Below are positions 17,200 to 26,594 of a DNA stretch of 64,000 nt, piece by piece (within the stretch, counting starts at the first letter, position 1; each line of letters starts with the position of its first letter). Under the pieces are notes generated by a model. It did not search any database and was not told the DNA's origin. It saw nothing but the letters and a program-made list of their open reading frames with translations. The position numbers and the translations under genes were made by a program. Source of the stretch: Phycisphaerae bacterium (GTDB lineage Bacteria > Planctomycetota > Phycisphaerae > Sedimentisphaerales > Anaerohalosphaeraceae); NCBI GenBank assembly GCA_033809355.1, contig JAPXLV010000001.1, positions 58,295-122,294 of the forward strand, given 5' to 3'.

Positions 17200-18192
17200 A
17201 TGAGGCACCATAGCGAACAGTATGAAGATGACCTGATCAACGGTCGCGTTCAAAACAAACGACGGATCAAAAGCCGCTGGTTGTTTGGCTTGCTGCTGCT
17301 CACGACGGCCGCGCAGGTGCTGACGGTCTGTTTGGCAGGGGAATTCTTCCCGGCCTGTGTCAATGCGTGGATCATTTTGCTGCTGACGGCCTTGCTGGTC
17401 CGCGACCGGCTGATGATGAACCGGGCCCTCAGACAGGTCGAACAGGCCTGCCGCATGCGAACGGATTTTCTGGCGACAATCAGCCATGAAATTCGCACGC
17501 CGCTCAATTCCATTATCGGCTTTAGCGAGCTGTTGGCGGAAACGGATCTCGACGACGAACAAGCCGAATATCTTGACCCCATTCTTTTGAACAGCCAAAA
17601 TCTGCTGGTGATGGTCAACGACATTCTGGATTTTACCCACCTGAGCACCGGCAAACTGCGTGCCCATAGTGAGCCCACGTCGTTGACGAGCCTGCTGGAA
17701 CACCTCGAAAAAACGTATTATTCCATCGCCGCTCGAAAAGGGATTACCTTTGCAATAATCCCCCGCCATTTGCATGCGGAGACGGTCGCTGTTGATGCGA
17801 TGCGACTGACGCAGTGTTTGGCCAATCTGCTCAGCAATGCGCTGAAGTTTACCTCGCAAGGGCATGTGTATATGTGGGTCGAATCTTTTCAGGAACAGGG
17901 CCGAGCGGGCTTGCGGTTTGACATAGAGGATACCGGCATCGGTATTTCACCGGCACAGCAGGTGCGGATTTTTGAGGCCTTCACACAAGGCGACAGCAGC
18001 CCAACGCGCCGCTACGGCGGTATTGGATTGGGGTTGACGCTTGCCTATCGGCTGGCCGATTTGCTCGGTGGGCGACTGACTTTCACAAGCGAACCGGCAT
18101 GCGGATCCACGTTTACGTTGTGTGTGCCTTGTCGGGTGTGCGGCTCGCTGCATGCCGACGGTGCGGAGTCCACCCTTCAGTGCGCCGTTTGA
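17200..18192 (+). CDS. Sensor histidine kinase (HisKA + HATPase_c), two N-terminal TM helices
   Basis: H-box ISHEIRTPLNSIIG and G2 box GGIGLGLTLAYRLADLLGG. The start is uncertain: the ORF is open from 17155, and I chose the ATG at 17200. Confidence 0.8.
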   Translation: MRHHSEQYEDDLINGRVQNKRRIKSRWLFGLLLLTTAAQVLTVCLAGEFFPACVNAWIILLLTALLVRDRLMMNRALRQVEQACRMRTDFLATISHEIRTPLNSIIGFSELLAETDLDDEQAEYLDPILLNSQNLLVMVNDILDFTHLSTGKLRAHSEPTSLTSLLEHLEKTYYSIAARKGITFAIIPRHLHAETVAVDAMRLTQCLANLLSNALKFTSQGHVYMWVESFQEQGRAGLRFDIEDTGIGISPAQQVRIFEAFTQGDSSPTRRYGGIGLGLTLAYRLADLLGGRLTFTSEPACGSTFTLCVPCRVCGSLHADGAESTLQCAV

Positions 18193-18230
18193 CGCGCCGA
18201 AGTGTGGACTCCAGACGACCGTGCCCGGTT

Positions 18231-20639
18231 TTATTTCAACGCTGCCTTAAAGACAGTGATGCTGACCGGTTGAATGTGTAGTGTATCGGTTAGATCTGCC
18301 GGTTCCAGCGATTCAATTTGAATCACCGGCTCCTGTCCCGGATCGTTGTACGCCATGGGGTTGTCATGCTGAATCATCCAGCCGTCCGCCTTGCCGTTCG
18401 GCTGCAGTCCGCCCAGATTCAGCGTCACGTTGTACGTATCCCACGTGGCATTGACAAAACCGACGGTCAGGGTCTTGCCGTCCGCGCTCAATGCCGCCGC
18501 GACATCCAGTTGCTCATCCCAGCCGGTTACCGCCAGCGGCCGGGTGCCGAATTCGCGACGATAAAGAATCAGCGGATAGGCCGTGGCGTCAAACTCAGCG
18601 GCGGTTTTGGTGGTTTTGATGCAGCCGATGACGTTGACCGTCTGGGCATAAAAGGCGCTGTGAATCATATCGGATTGCCGGAAGTATTCGTGCAGCCCGG
18701 CGGCGATACCGAGGGCGTCTTTCATATAGTACCGCGTCCCCAGTTCTCCGAAGACGTGCGGGCCGTACCAATAATTCCATTCGGTCATGGCGATCCGAAT
18801 GTCTTTGCCCTGAAGCATCGGCAGTTCCTGACGCAACCGGCGATGTCCCTCAGCCTTTTCCCGGATGCGGTCGGGCACCTGGCGCACATGGGCTGTCAGC
18901 CCCGGGCGGCTCTGGCAGTAAAAGTGCTCGGCAATATGATTCATATGGTCATAGCAATGGCGAAGCAGCCCTTCCGACCAGCCGCTGCCCAAATCACCGG
19001 AGGCAATCGTGATAATATCCGGGTCCACTTTTCGCATCATCTCTTCGACCCAGTTATGCTTGAGCACATAATGCTCCTGCCGCATATAGCCCAATTGCCA
19101 ACTGCCCCACATCTCATTGCCGACACACCAGTATTTGACATTGAACGGCTCACGGTGTCCGTTTTCAGCCCGTTTTTTACCCATCAGCGTATCCGGCCCC
19201 CCGTTGGCGTATTCCACCTCAGCGGCCGCCGAGTACGCATCGCCAAAGCCCGTATTGACCGTGATCAGCGGCTCGGCCTCCAGCAGTCGGCACAGTTCAA
19301 CAAATTCATGCATTCCCACGTCGTTGGTTTCGATGCCCGTCCAGGCCGGATTGGTTCGGGTCGGTCGCCGATCGCGATCGCCCAGCCCGTCGCGCCAGTC
19401 GTAACCGCTGACAAAATTGCCGCCCGGCCAGCGATAAATAGGGCTGTTCAGTTCTTTCATCAGAGCCAGCGTGTCGTGCCGGAACCCCTTGATGTTGTCG
19501 GCCGGCATCAGCGAAACCGCCCCGACGATGAAGGACCCCCTGCCGGTGCCGACGATCTCCAGACGTGCGTTATCGCTGTCGGCGGAGGCGGTGTACTTCA
19601 AATCATAGGTGCTGAAATTTCGACCCACACGGCGAATGGTTACCGTTTGCCGGTCCGTTTCGCCCTCGCCCCAGACCAGACTCACGCGAATCGGTCCGGC
19701 TGACCTGTCGCCGCGAAGCACAATCCGACCCACGTAGTCTTTGCCCGCCAGCACAGCCAACTCATCCTGATAAATACCTGTCGGCTCTCCAGAAACGGTA
19801 ATCTTAGGCTCATGTTCGCCGGACAAGGGATTTTCGGTGTTCATCTCGATCGCCTCGGCCGAACCGATAACCTTCCACGGCGAGGCGCGAAGGACACGAG
19901 CACCAGCGCCCGTACGTCCCCAAATCGCCCCAGGGGCCGGAACGGGATAATAAAACTTGCGGTCTTCGAGCATCTCAGCCCAGATGCCGCCATAAATGCA
20001 CCGCCCCAGATGCTCAATAAACTGCCCGTAAACCAGTTCGGAGATGGGTTCTTTCTTTGCGGACGGATCGAGGGTGATGGTTTTGGCTACGGTTTTGCTT
20101 TCGGGGCGGACCTCTTCGAGCACTTCCAGCACAATATCATCAAACCATGCTGTGCCGGCGGCCTGACCCCAGCCGCCAAACAGACAGTTGATTTGGATGC
20201 TGTCCTGCCCGGCCACCTGAAACTCGGTTTCGAGCCGGACCCAGTCATTGGAGCCGACCGTCAATGCCGAGGTTACCGCGCCGTCCATCTCATGCACATT
20301 CAATTGAACGCCGCGACCGGTCGTGGTTCGCAGATTCTCCGTCTTGACCCACCCCGACAAACGCAGCCGAGCAAATGGCGGGATCGTGACCGTTTGCGAC
20401 CAGGCGGCATCGGCGCCGTTTTCCGAACTGATTCTGACGCAGCGGCCTGTACGCCCATTGTCATCCACCGAAAACTCCGCCTGCCCGTTCCAGGTGGTGG
20501 GCGTCCAGCCCATCGGCCGGCCGTCACGCACACGCTCAAACGATGGATTGCGCAACAGATTTTCTGACTGCGCAAAAGAAACGCAGCCAAGGAGGGTGAA
20601 AATCAGAAGGGTTGTGATGGGGATTCGTCCTGTGCTCAT
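18231..20639 (-). CDS. Alpha-L-arabinofuranosidase (GH51) with N-terminal carbohydrate-binding-like domain
   Basis: YRWPGGNFVSGYDWRDG and CVGNEMWGSWQLG are GH51 hallmarks. Start set at the ATG at 20639 (MSTGRIPITTLLIF signal peptide), preceded by AGGAGA. The ORF-track start at 20795 is an upstream extension. Confidence 0.85.
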   Translation of the reverse strand: MSTGRIPITTLLIFTLLGCVSFAQSENLLRNPSFERVRDGRPMGWTPTTWNGQAEFSVDDNGRTGRCVRISSENGADAAWSQTVTIPPFARLRLSGWVKTENLRTTTGRGVQLNVHEMDGAVTSALTVGSNDWVRLETEFQVAGQDSIQINCLFGGWGQAAGTAWFDDIVLEVLEEVRPESKTVAKTITLDPSAKKEPISELVYGQFIEHLGRCIYGGIWAEMLEDRKFYYPVPAPGAIWGRTGAGARVLRASPWKVIGSAEAIEMNTENPLSGEHEPKITVSGEPTGIYQDELAVLAGKDYVGRIVLRGDRSAGPIRVSLVWGEGETDRQTVTIRRVGRNFSTYDLKYTASADSDNARLEIVGTGRGSFIVGAVSLMPADNIKGFRHDTLALMKELNSPIYRWPGGNFVSGYDWRDGLGDRDRRPTRTNPAWTGIETNDVGMHEFVELCRLLEAEPLITVNTGFGDAYSAAAEVEYANGGPDTLMGKKRAENGHREPFNVKYWCVGNEMWGSWQLGYMRQEHYVLKHNWVEEMMRKVDPDIITIASGDLGSGWSEGLLRHCYDHMNHIAEHFYCQSRPGLTAHVRQVPDRIREKAEGHRRLRQELPMLQGKDIRIAMTEWNYWYGPHVFGELGTRYYMKDALGIAAGLHEYFRQSDMIHSAFYAQTVNVIGCIKTTKTAAEFDATAYPLILYRREFGTRPLAVTGWDEQLDVAAALSADGKTLTVGFVNATWDTYNVTLNLGGLQPNGKADGWMIQHDNPMAYNDPGQEPVIQIESLEPADLTDTLHIQPVSITVFKAALK

Positions 20640-20698
20640 GACTTTCTCCTGTGCAAAATGGTTTTCGTTTTTCCTATACAGAACGTAATATGATAAAC

Positions 20699-20727
20699 AA
20701 TTTATCAAATCATACGTCCTTTGACAA
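20699..20727 (-). promoter_or_regulatory. Candidate sigma70-type promoter for the GH51 gene
   Basis: Minus strand TTGTCA (20727..20722), 17-nt spacer, TAAATT (20704..20699). Confidence 0.3.
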
Positions 20728-20740
20728 GTGGAATATTTCA

Positions 20741-20785
20741 AAAAATTGGGGAACCTGCGGGTTTTAGGATTCGAGTTTCCCCGCC
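20741..20785 (-). terminator. Candidate intrinsic terminator (hairpin plus T-run on the minus strand)
   Basis: Minus strand reads GGCGGGGAAACTCGAATCCTAAAACCCGCAGGTTCCCCAATTTTT. Alternative stems are GGGGAA/TTCCCC or GCGGG/CCCGC. Confidence 0.3.
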
Positions 20786-21052
20786 ATATGGCCATATTAC
20801 CTATTGAGTGTGTTTGTCAGGTTTGAGGGAACCCTCTCTTGTTCAAACAAAGCGGCTCCAGGCTCTTTTGCGAGTCTATAAGGCGGTTGCATCATAGGTC
20901 TTGAGTCCTTATGGTAGGCGGGACTGGTAAGCGTTCCGTAAGACCCAAAGCCCGGCCGAGCCGGTGGCACCGGCGTATCGCGGCTACCCCTGCGGTATTT
21001 TTGCCGGTCAACGCGATACGGGCAAGAGTGTTTCAAGCACTTGTCCGCGGCT

Positions 21053-21097
21053 CAAAAAACATCACGGGGCAGGCTCATTCGGCCCGCCCCGTGTTTT
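21053..21097. terminator. Bidirectional intrinsic terminator downstream of leuB
   Basis: Stem CACGGGGC(A)GG pairs with CCCGCCCCGTG (21063..21093). Flanked by a T-run on the plus strand (21094..21097) and TTTTTT on the minus strand (complement of 21053..21058). Confidence 0.6.
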
Positions 21098-21127
21098 ATC
21101 TCATGTCGTCTGTCCTAACTGTTGTCC

Positions 21128-22213
21128 CTACTCGGCGACCTTTTGGGCAACCATATCGCCGACCTCGCTGGTGGAGTAGCCCATTTTGCCGGCGGCCAGA
21201 GATTTGAGTTTGTTGGCGGTGACCCAGCGGACGGCCTGTTCGACCTTCTCGGCCGCGGCCTCTTGGCCGAGGGTCTGAAGCATCATCCCCATCGCGCAGA
21301 TAGCCGCCAGCGGATTGATCACGCCTTGGCCGGTGTACTTCGGCGCGCTGCCGCCGATAGGTTCGAACATAGAGACACCTTCGGGGTTGATGTTGCCCCC
21401 GGCGGCGATGCCCATGCCGCCCTGGGTAATCGCGCCCAAATCGGTGATGATATCGCCGAACAGATTGCCCGTGACCAAGACGTCGAACCATTCGGGGCTT
21501 TTAATCATCCACATACAGGTGGCATCAACATGGTAATAGTCGCGCCGGATGTCAGGGTAGTATTTTTCGCCTATCTCGTGGAACGCCCGCTCCCACAGGT
21601 CATAGATATAGGTCAGCACGTTGGTCTTGCCGACCAGTCCAAGGGTGTTTTCCTTGCCCACGCCGCGAGACTTTTTACCGTATTTGCGGGCATACTCGAA
21701 GGCGTACTTCAAACAGCGATCCACCTGAAAGCGGCTATAAAGGGCGCTTTGCTCAGCCACTTCCTGAGGCGTGCCTTTCATCATAAAGCCCCCGGCCCCG
21801 CAATAGGCATCGCCGGTGTTTTCACGCACGACAACATAGTCAATCTCGGCCGGGCCTTTGTCTTTGATCGGGGTTTCGACGCCCGGAAACAGCCGCACCG
21901 GACGCAGGTTGATGTACTGGTCCAACTCAAACCGCATCCGCAGCAGCAGGCCTTTTTCGAGAATGCCGGGCTTGACGTCGGGATGACCAATGGCCCCCAG
22001 CAAAATCGCATCATGCTGTTTGAGCTCGTCAATCGCACCATCCGGCAAAATCTCACCGGTGCGCTTGTATCGCTCTCCGCCGAAGTCAAAATAGGTCTTT
22101 TCGACCTTGAACCCAAACTTAGGCGCGACTGCATCCATCACCTTGACCGCTTCGGCCGTGACTTCCGGCCCCGTCCCGTCACCGCCGATAATCGCAATCT
22201 TATACGATTTCAT
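21128..22213 (-). CDS. leuB: 3-isopropylmalate dehydrogenase (isocitrate/isopropylmalate DH family, TtuC-like subclass)
   Basis: IAIIGGDGTGPEV and NLFGDIITDLG motifs. It is the last gene of a leuA-leuC-leuD-leuB string. Confidence 0.85.
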   Translation of the reverse strand: MKSYKIAIIGGDGTGPEVTAEAVKVMDAVAPKFGFKVEKTYFDFGGERYKRTGEILPDGAIDELKQHDAILLGAIGHPDVKPGILEKGLLLRMRFELDQYINLRPVRLFPGVETPIKDKGPAEIDYVVVRENTGDAYCGAGGFMMKGTPQEVAEQSALYSRFQVDRCLKYAFEYARKYGKKSRGVGKENTLGLVGKTNVLTYIYDLWERAFHEIGEKYYPDIRRDYYHVDATCMWMIKSPEWFDVLVTGNLFGDIITDLGAITQGGMGIAAGGNINPEGVSMFEPIGGSAPKYTGQGVINPLAAICAMGMMLQTLGQEAAAEKVEQAVRWVTANKLKSLAAGKMGYSTSEVGDMVAQKVAE

Positions 22214-22384
22214 CTCTGGCTTATCCTTTCAAAAGTAAGTTTCCGTTGATACAGAATCCCATTGCCTCAGTAAAACGGTAAAGGACAAACGGTAAACGTA
22301 AAAAAGAACATCAACGTTTGCCTTTACAGCATCAAATATTCGAAACCGACCGTTTGAGAATTCATCCAATACACTCAAGGCCTG

Positions 22385-22867
22385 CTATTTTTGCTTTTTT
22401 ATATGTTGCAGCAATCCCCCGTCGTTAACAATCTCCAGGGCAAAATCCGGCAGCGGTGTAAAGGGAATAGTCGTCCCCTGGGTTTTGTTGAAAATGGTGC
22501 CGGCTTTGTAATCGATCTCCAGTTCGTCGCCGTCGTTGATTTTCTGCAGGGCATCCGGCAGTTCTATCGGATAAAAACCGCAGTTGATGCAGTTGCGGTA
22601 AAAGATGCGCGCAAACGATTGGGCGATGACCGCGCCGACCTTGGCGCCCTGAATCGCCCAGACGGCGTGTTCCCGACTGGAGCCGCAGCCGAAATCATCC
22701 CCGCAGACAATCACATCGCCGGGGCGAACCTTCTGGACGAAATCGGGATCCAGATCTTCCAGACAATGGGCGGCCAGCTCGGCCGCATCGTCAGTATTCA
22801 AATACCGCGCCGGAATAATCTCATCGGTATTCACATGATCCCGTTGATACACATGTGCTTTTGCCAT
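22385..22867 (-). CDS. leuD: 3-isopropylmalate dehydratase small subunit
   Basis: Start set at the ATG at 22867 (MAKAHVYQRDHVNTDEIIPARYL), preceded by GGGAG. The ORF-track start at 22927 is an extension. Confidence 0.9.
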   Translation of the reverse strand: MAKAHVYQRDHVNTDEIIPARYLNTDDAAELAAHCLEDLDPDFVQKVRPGDVIVCGDDFGCGSSREHAVWAIQGAKVGAVIAQSFARIFYRNCINCGFYPIELPDALQKINDGDELEIDYKAGTIFNKTQGTTIPFTPLPDFALEIVNDGGLLQHIKKQK

Positions 22868-22951
22868 AAAAACTCCCATTTGACGTAAAATACGAAATCC
22901 GAATTTCGAAACACAACACAAATTCAAATTTCAAACTGCAATTTTCAAATC

Positions 22952-23246
22952 TTATTCACTTTTACGCAGCATGACGCCGAAAATAGCTGTCAGTTCCATT
23001 GCTTCGTTTGTCCAAACACGACCTTCGTGAATTGCTGCATTCTCAATGACAAGCAGCAATCGGAGCCGGTATCTTGCGGCTTTGGTTTTTTCAGCTGATC
23101 GTAATTCTCATCACAAAATCTCGAACGCTTTTTGCAACGTGATATGCCCGTTCTTGCCCGTCATCGTGTTTTATTTTTTTGGGAATCGAACATTGGAATT
23201 TGTTTCGGATTTCCCAGATTCGAGTTTCGCAGTCCCCTGTAAGTCC
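22952..23246 (-). pseudogene. Decayed remnant of a four-helix-bundle (23S rRNA intervening-sequence protein family) gene
   Basis: My minus-strand translation gives ...GQERAYHVAKSVRDFVMRITIS, then a frameshift near 23086..23093, then AEKTKAARYRLRLLLVIENAAIHEGRVWTNEAMELTAIFGVMLRKSE*. From memory this parallels the family pattern ...KS.ADF..KI....E.ET.YWL.LL......L..EA.EL.AI......KS. There is no start codon, and the N-terminal half is shortened. Confidence 0.4.
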
Positions 23247-24515
23247 CTATAAGTAGTTTCTGCAATCTGCCAATTTCCCTTCCACCGCGGAGGCCGCAGC
23301 GGTGGCGGGACTGGCCAGGTACACCTCACTTTTGGGGCTGCCCATTCGGCCGACAAAGTTCCGATTGGTCGTGCTGATGCACTTTTCACCGGCGGCCAGA
23401 ATGCCCATAAAACCGCCCAGACACGCCCCGCAGGTCGGGGCGCTGATCACACAGCCGGCATCGTAGAAAATCTCGGCCAGGCCTTCGTCCACCATCTGTT
23501 TCCAAACCTCCGGCGTGGCCGGCACGACAATGGTGCGAATCTTGACCTGTTTGCCCTTCAGAATCGACGCGGCCACCCGCAAATCCTCGATGCGTCCGTT
23601 GGTGCAGCTTCCGATATAGCACTGATCCATCGCCAGCCCCGCGCACAGACTGATGGGCTGGCCGTTGCTGGGCAGATGCGGCAGCGCCACCATTGGCTCA
23701 AGGGCTGAACAATCGATGGTGTCTTTGTACACATACGCCGCCTCGGGGTCGGATTCAAAGACGGTATAGTCGGTCTTGCCTTTGAGCCGACCGGCCAGAT
23801 AGGTCCGGGTCGTGTCATCGACGCCGATAATGCCGCTCTTGCCGCCGGCTTCAATAGCCATATTGGTCATGGTCATCCGCGCCTCCATCGACATACTCTT
23901 CAGCGCCGGCCCGACAAACTCCATGGCCTTATACAAGGCTCCGTCGGTGCCGATACGGCGAATCACCTCAAGAATCACATCTTTACTGTAGACGCCCAAC
24001 AGCAGCGAGCCGGTTAATGTAAACTTCATCGAGGCCGGAACCTTGAACCACAAAATCCCCGTCGCAATGGCCGCGGCCAGGTCAGTCGAGCCGATCCCTG
24101 TCGAGAAGGCACCGAACGCGCCATACGTGCAGGTGTGGCTGTCGCCGCCGACAATCACCTCGCCGGGACGGATATGCCCCTGCTCGGGCAGCAGTGCATG
24201 GCAGACGCCCGCCCGGCCGAGTTTGTAGTAATACGTAATGCCTTTTTCGCGTGCCCACATGTCCAGCCGCTTGTGCAGTTCGGCACTTTTGATGTCTTTG
24301 GCCGGCTGAAAGTGATCCGGCGTCACGACGATTTTGTCCGGGTCGAACACGCGATCGATGCCGTGTTCCTTAAGCATCGAAATCGCCGGCGGCGTCGTTA
24401 CATCATGGCACATCACCACGTCTATCTTCGCATTGACCAAATCGCCCGCTTTGACCGATGTCTTACCGGCCGCACGAGCAAAAATCTTTTCCGTGATCGT
24501 CATCTTCATTGACAA
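23247..24515 (-). CDS. leuC: 3-isopropylmalate dehydratase large subunit
   Basis: [26 protein letters not shown] and IGSCTNGR are aconitase-family Fe-S ligand motifs. Sits in the leu operon. Confidence 0.9.
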   Translation of the reverse strand: MSMKMTITEKIFARAAGKTSVKAGDLVNAKIDVVMCHDVTTPPAISMLKEHGIDRVFDPDKIVVTPDHFQPAKDIKSAELHKRLDMWAREKGITYYYKLGRAGVCHALLPEQGHIRPGEVIVGGDSHTCTYGAFGAFSTGIGSTDLAAAIATGILWFKVPASMKFTLTGSLLLGVYSKDVILEVIRRIGTDGALYKAMEFVGPALKSMSMEARMTMTNMAIEAGGKSGIIGVDDTTRTYLAGRLKGKTDYTVFESDPEAAYVYKDTIDCSALEPMVALPHLPSNGQPISLCAGLAMDQCYIGSCTNGRIEDLRVAASILKGKQVKIRTIVVPATPEVWKQMVDEGLAEIFYDAGCVISAPTCGACLGGFMGILAAGEKCISTTNRNFVGRMGSPKSEVYLASPATAAASAVEGKLADCRNYL

Positions 24516-24680
24516 AGACCTTCCAAAAATGAAATAAACATCGCTTCAAATATCAAAAAGTAAACAGCAAAATGACCTGTACAATTCAAAAAGATTCCGT
24601 TGCCGCAGAACGTGCTGAGCCGAAGACCGCTTTGACTTTAATCGGTCATTTTGTTTTTTTATGGCTGATATTTGCTTTTT

Positions 24681-26234
24681 CTACAGGGCTGCTTTTTCTC
24701 CTTTACAAGCGCCGGCACAGGCTGTCATCCGGTTGATCGCGTCCAGATAGGCCTTGGCGCTGGCTTCGACAATGTCGGTGGACACCCCTCGGCCGATATA
24801 GGTACGTCTGTTGGCGTCTTTGATCCGCACGGTCGCTTCGCCCATCGCCTCTTTGCCGCCGGTGATGGCTCGCATCGAGTAATTCTCCAGCTCGGGGGTT
24901 TGCCCCGTAGCCAGACGAATCGCCTCATAGGCCGCATCAACCGGCCCATCACCGCAGGCAGCGGCTTGCTTTACCTGTCCATCCCGTATACGGATGCGTA
25001 CCGTGGCGGTCGGAATTGTCCCCGTGCCGCTGGTAACGTTCATATACTCCAGCACATATCTCTGATCTACGGTACGCACCTCGTCGTTGATGATGGCGGC
25101 AATGTCCTCATCGAACACCTCTTTCTTCTTGTCGGCAATCTCAAGAAACTTTTCGTAAGCCGCCTGAATTTCTGGCTCGGACAGATTATACCCCAACTGG
25201 CGACAGCGCTCGACAAAGCCATGACGACCCGAATGCCGTCCAAGTACCATACGCGAACCGCTCAGGCCGATCATCTCCGGCGTCATAATCTCATAGGTCT
25301 CGCGGTGCTTGAGGATGCCGTCCACGTGAATGCCCGACTCGTGGGCAAAGGCGTTCTTGCCGACAATCGCCTTGTTCGGCTGAATCACAAAGCCGGTCAA
25401 CTGTGAGACGAGTTGACTGGTGCGGAAAATTTCCCGCGTATTGATGTTGGTCGTGACTTTGTCCTCAAAGAAGTCGTGGCGCGTATGAATCGCCATCACC
25501 ACCTCTTCCATCGCCGCATTGCCGGCTCGCTCACCGATGCCGTTGATGGTGCACTCGACTTGCCGAGCACCGCTGCGGACGCCGGCCAGCGAGTTGGCCG
25601 TGGCCATCCCCAAATCATTATGGCAATGCGTACTGAGCACGGCCTTTTCGATGCCCTTGACGTTTTGCCGAAGTTTGGCGATGAGCTGTCCGTACTCCAT
25701 CGGCATAAGGTACCCGACCGTATCGGGAATATTCAGTGTCGCAGCACCAGCCTCGATGACCGCCGACAAAATCTCATACAAAAAATTCAAGTCGCTGCGG
25801 CTGGCATCTTCCGGCGAAAATTCCACATCCTCGGTGTGCTGCCGGGCCATCTGAACCGCCTCGACCGCCATTTTCAGGACGTGGTCGGGGCTCTTTCGCA
25901 ATTTGTATTCCATATGGATGGGACTTGTCGCGATAAAGGTATGGATACGCCGTTTCGACGCCGCGGCCAGCGCCTTGCCGGCCGCATCGATATCTTTCTG
26001 GTTGGCCCGCGCCAGGCCGCAGATGACCGGCCCGTCCACCTGCTCGGCACACAACCGCGTTGCCTCAAATTGGGCCGGCGAGGAGATGGGAAACCCTGCC
26101 TCAATCACGTCCACACCCATCTTGGCCAATTGATGGGCAATTTCGAGTTTTTCGCTGACCGACAACGCTGCCCCGGGCGATTGTTCACCGTCACGCAGCG
26201 TCGTATCAAAAATAAGCACTTTTTCCGCTGACAT
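24681..26234 (-). CDS. leuA: 2-isopropylmalate synthase
   Basis: IFDTTLRDGEQSPG and HCHNDLGMATANSLAG motifs. 517 aa with a LeuA dimerisation/regulatory C-terminus. Confidence 0.95.
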   Translation of the reverse strand: MSAEKVLIFDTTLRDGEQSPGAALSVSEKLEIAHQLAKMGVDVIEAGFPISSPAQFEATRLCAEQVDGPVICGLARANQKDIDAAGKALAAASKRRIHTFIATSPIHMEYKLRKSPDHVLKMAVEAVQMARQHTEDVEFSPEDASRSDLNFLYEILSAVIEAGAATLNIPDTVGYLMPMEYGQLIAKLRQNVKGIEKAVLSTHCHNDLGMATANSLAGVRSGARQVECTINGIGERAGNAAMEEVVMAIHTRHDFFEDKVTTNINTREIFRTSQLVSQLTGFVIQPNKAIVGKNAFAHESGIHVDGILKHRETYEIMTPEMIGLSGSRMVLGRHSGRHGFVERCRQLGYNLSEPEIQAAYEKFLEIADKKKEVFDEDIAAIINDEVRTVDQRYVLEYMNVTSGTGTIPTATVRIRIRDGQVKQAAACGDGPVDAAYEAIRLATGQTPELENYSMRAITGGKEAMGEATVRIKDANRRTYIGRGVSTDIVEASAKAYLDAINRMTACAGACKGEKAAL

Positions 26235-26509
26235 AGTATTTCTCCGATAGGTTCAAAAGAAGTTGCTATTATGCCCAAAAAGGGCGCATATTTCCACTGG
26301 AAACTAAAAAAACAAGAGGGTACTGAGGGGATTTTGAGAGATTTATGCGCCGCAGGGGCGCAGAATAAACAGATCGACCAAGTCGATTTTAGCAATTACA
26401 CACTGTGACTGCATTAACTTCATAACTCAGACGATACCGACAAACCCCTCTCATTGCAAGCGAAAACTCTGTGTTTTGTCCCGTTTTTTCAAACCGTCCT
26501 GTGTTGGTC

Positions 26510-26538
26510 TTGCCCAGCCTTGCCGTAACGGCTATAAT
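26510..26538 (+). promoter_or_regulatory. Candidate sigma70-type promoter for the GH29 gene
   Basis: TTGCCC (26510..26515), 17-nt spacer, TATAAT (26533..26538). An AAGAGGAAG SD precedes the ATG at 26595. Confidence 0.45.
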
Positions 26539-26594
26539 CCGACCGTTATCCCGCGTTAAACACAAGTGTAAAAAAACCAAAAAGAGGAAGAAAA

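Noticed and set aside
20745-20790. tmRNA/tRNA-like strings (GGATTCGAG at 20767..20775; GTTCGATTCCC on the minus strand near 23185), and a 12-mer GATTCGAGTTTC shared between about 20768 and about 23218.
   Set aside because: Flanking bases do not form acceptor or T-arm stems. By rough estimate, a shared 12-mer is expected many times by chance in 64 kb.
20640-20795. N-terminal extensions given by the ORF track: GH51 to 20795, leuD to 22927, guaB from 55744, trxB from 58492, flavoprotein from 32955, acyP from 30423, rnfC to 42049.
   Set aside because: Internal ATGs are preceded by good SDs and are followed immediately by the signal peptide or conserved N-terminal motif. The extensions run through promoter-like AT-rich DNA or the upstream gene.
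20965-20970. Sigma-54 -24 element (TGGCAC).
   Set aside because: The sequence 5 nt downstream is TATCG rather than the TTGC(A/T) -12 element.
26235-26400. Leucine-rich leader peptide/attenuator upstream of leuA.
   Set aside because: The only mini-ORF I found on the minus strand encodes MRPFWA, which has no Leu codons. No terminator/antiterminator pair is evident.
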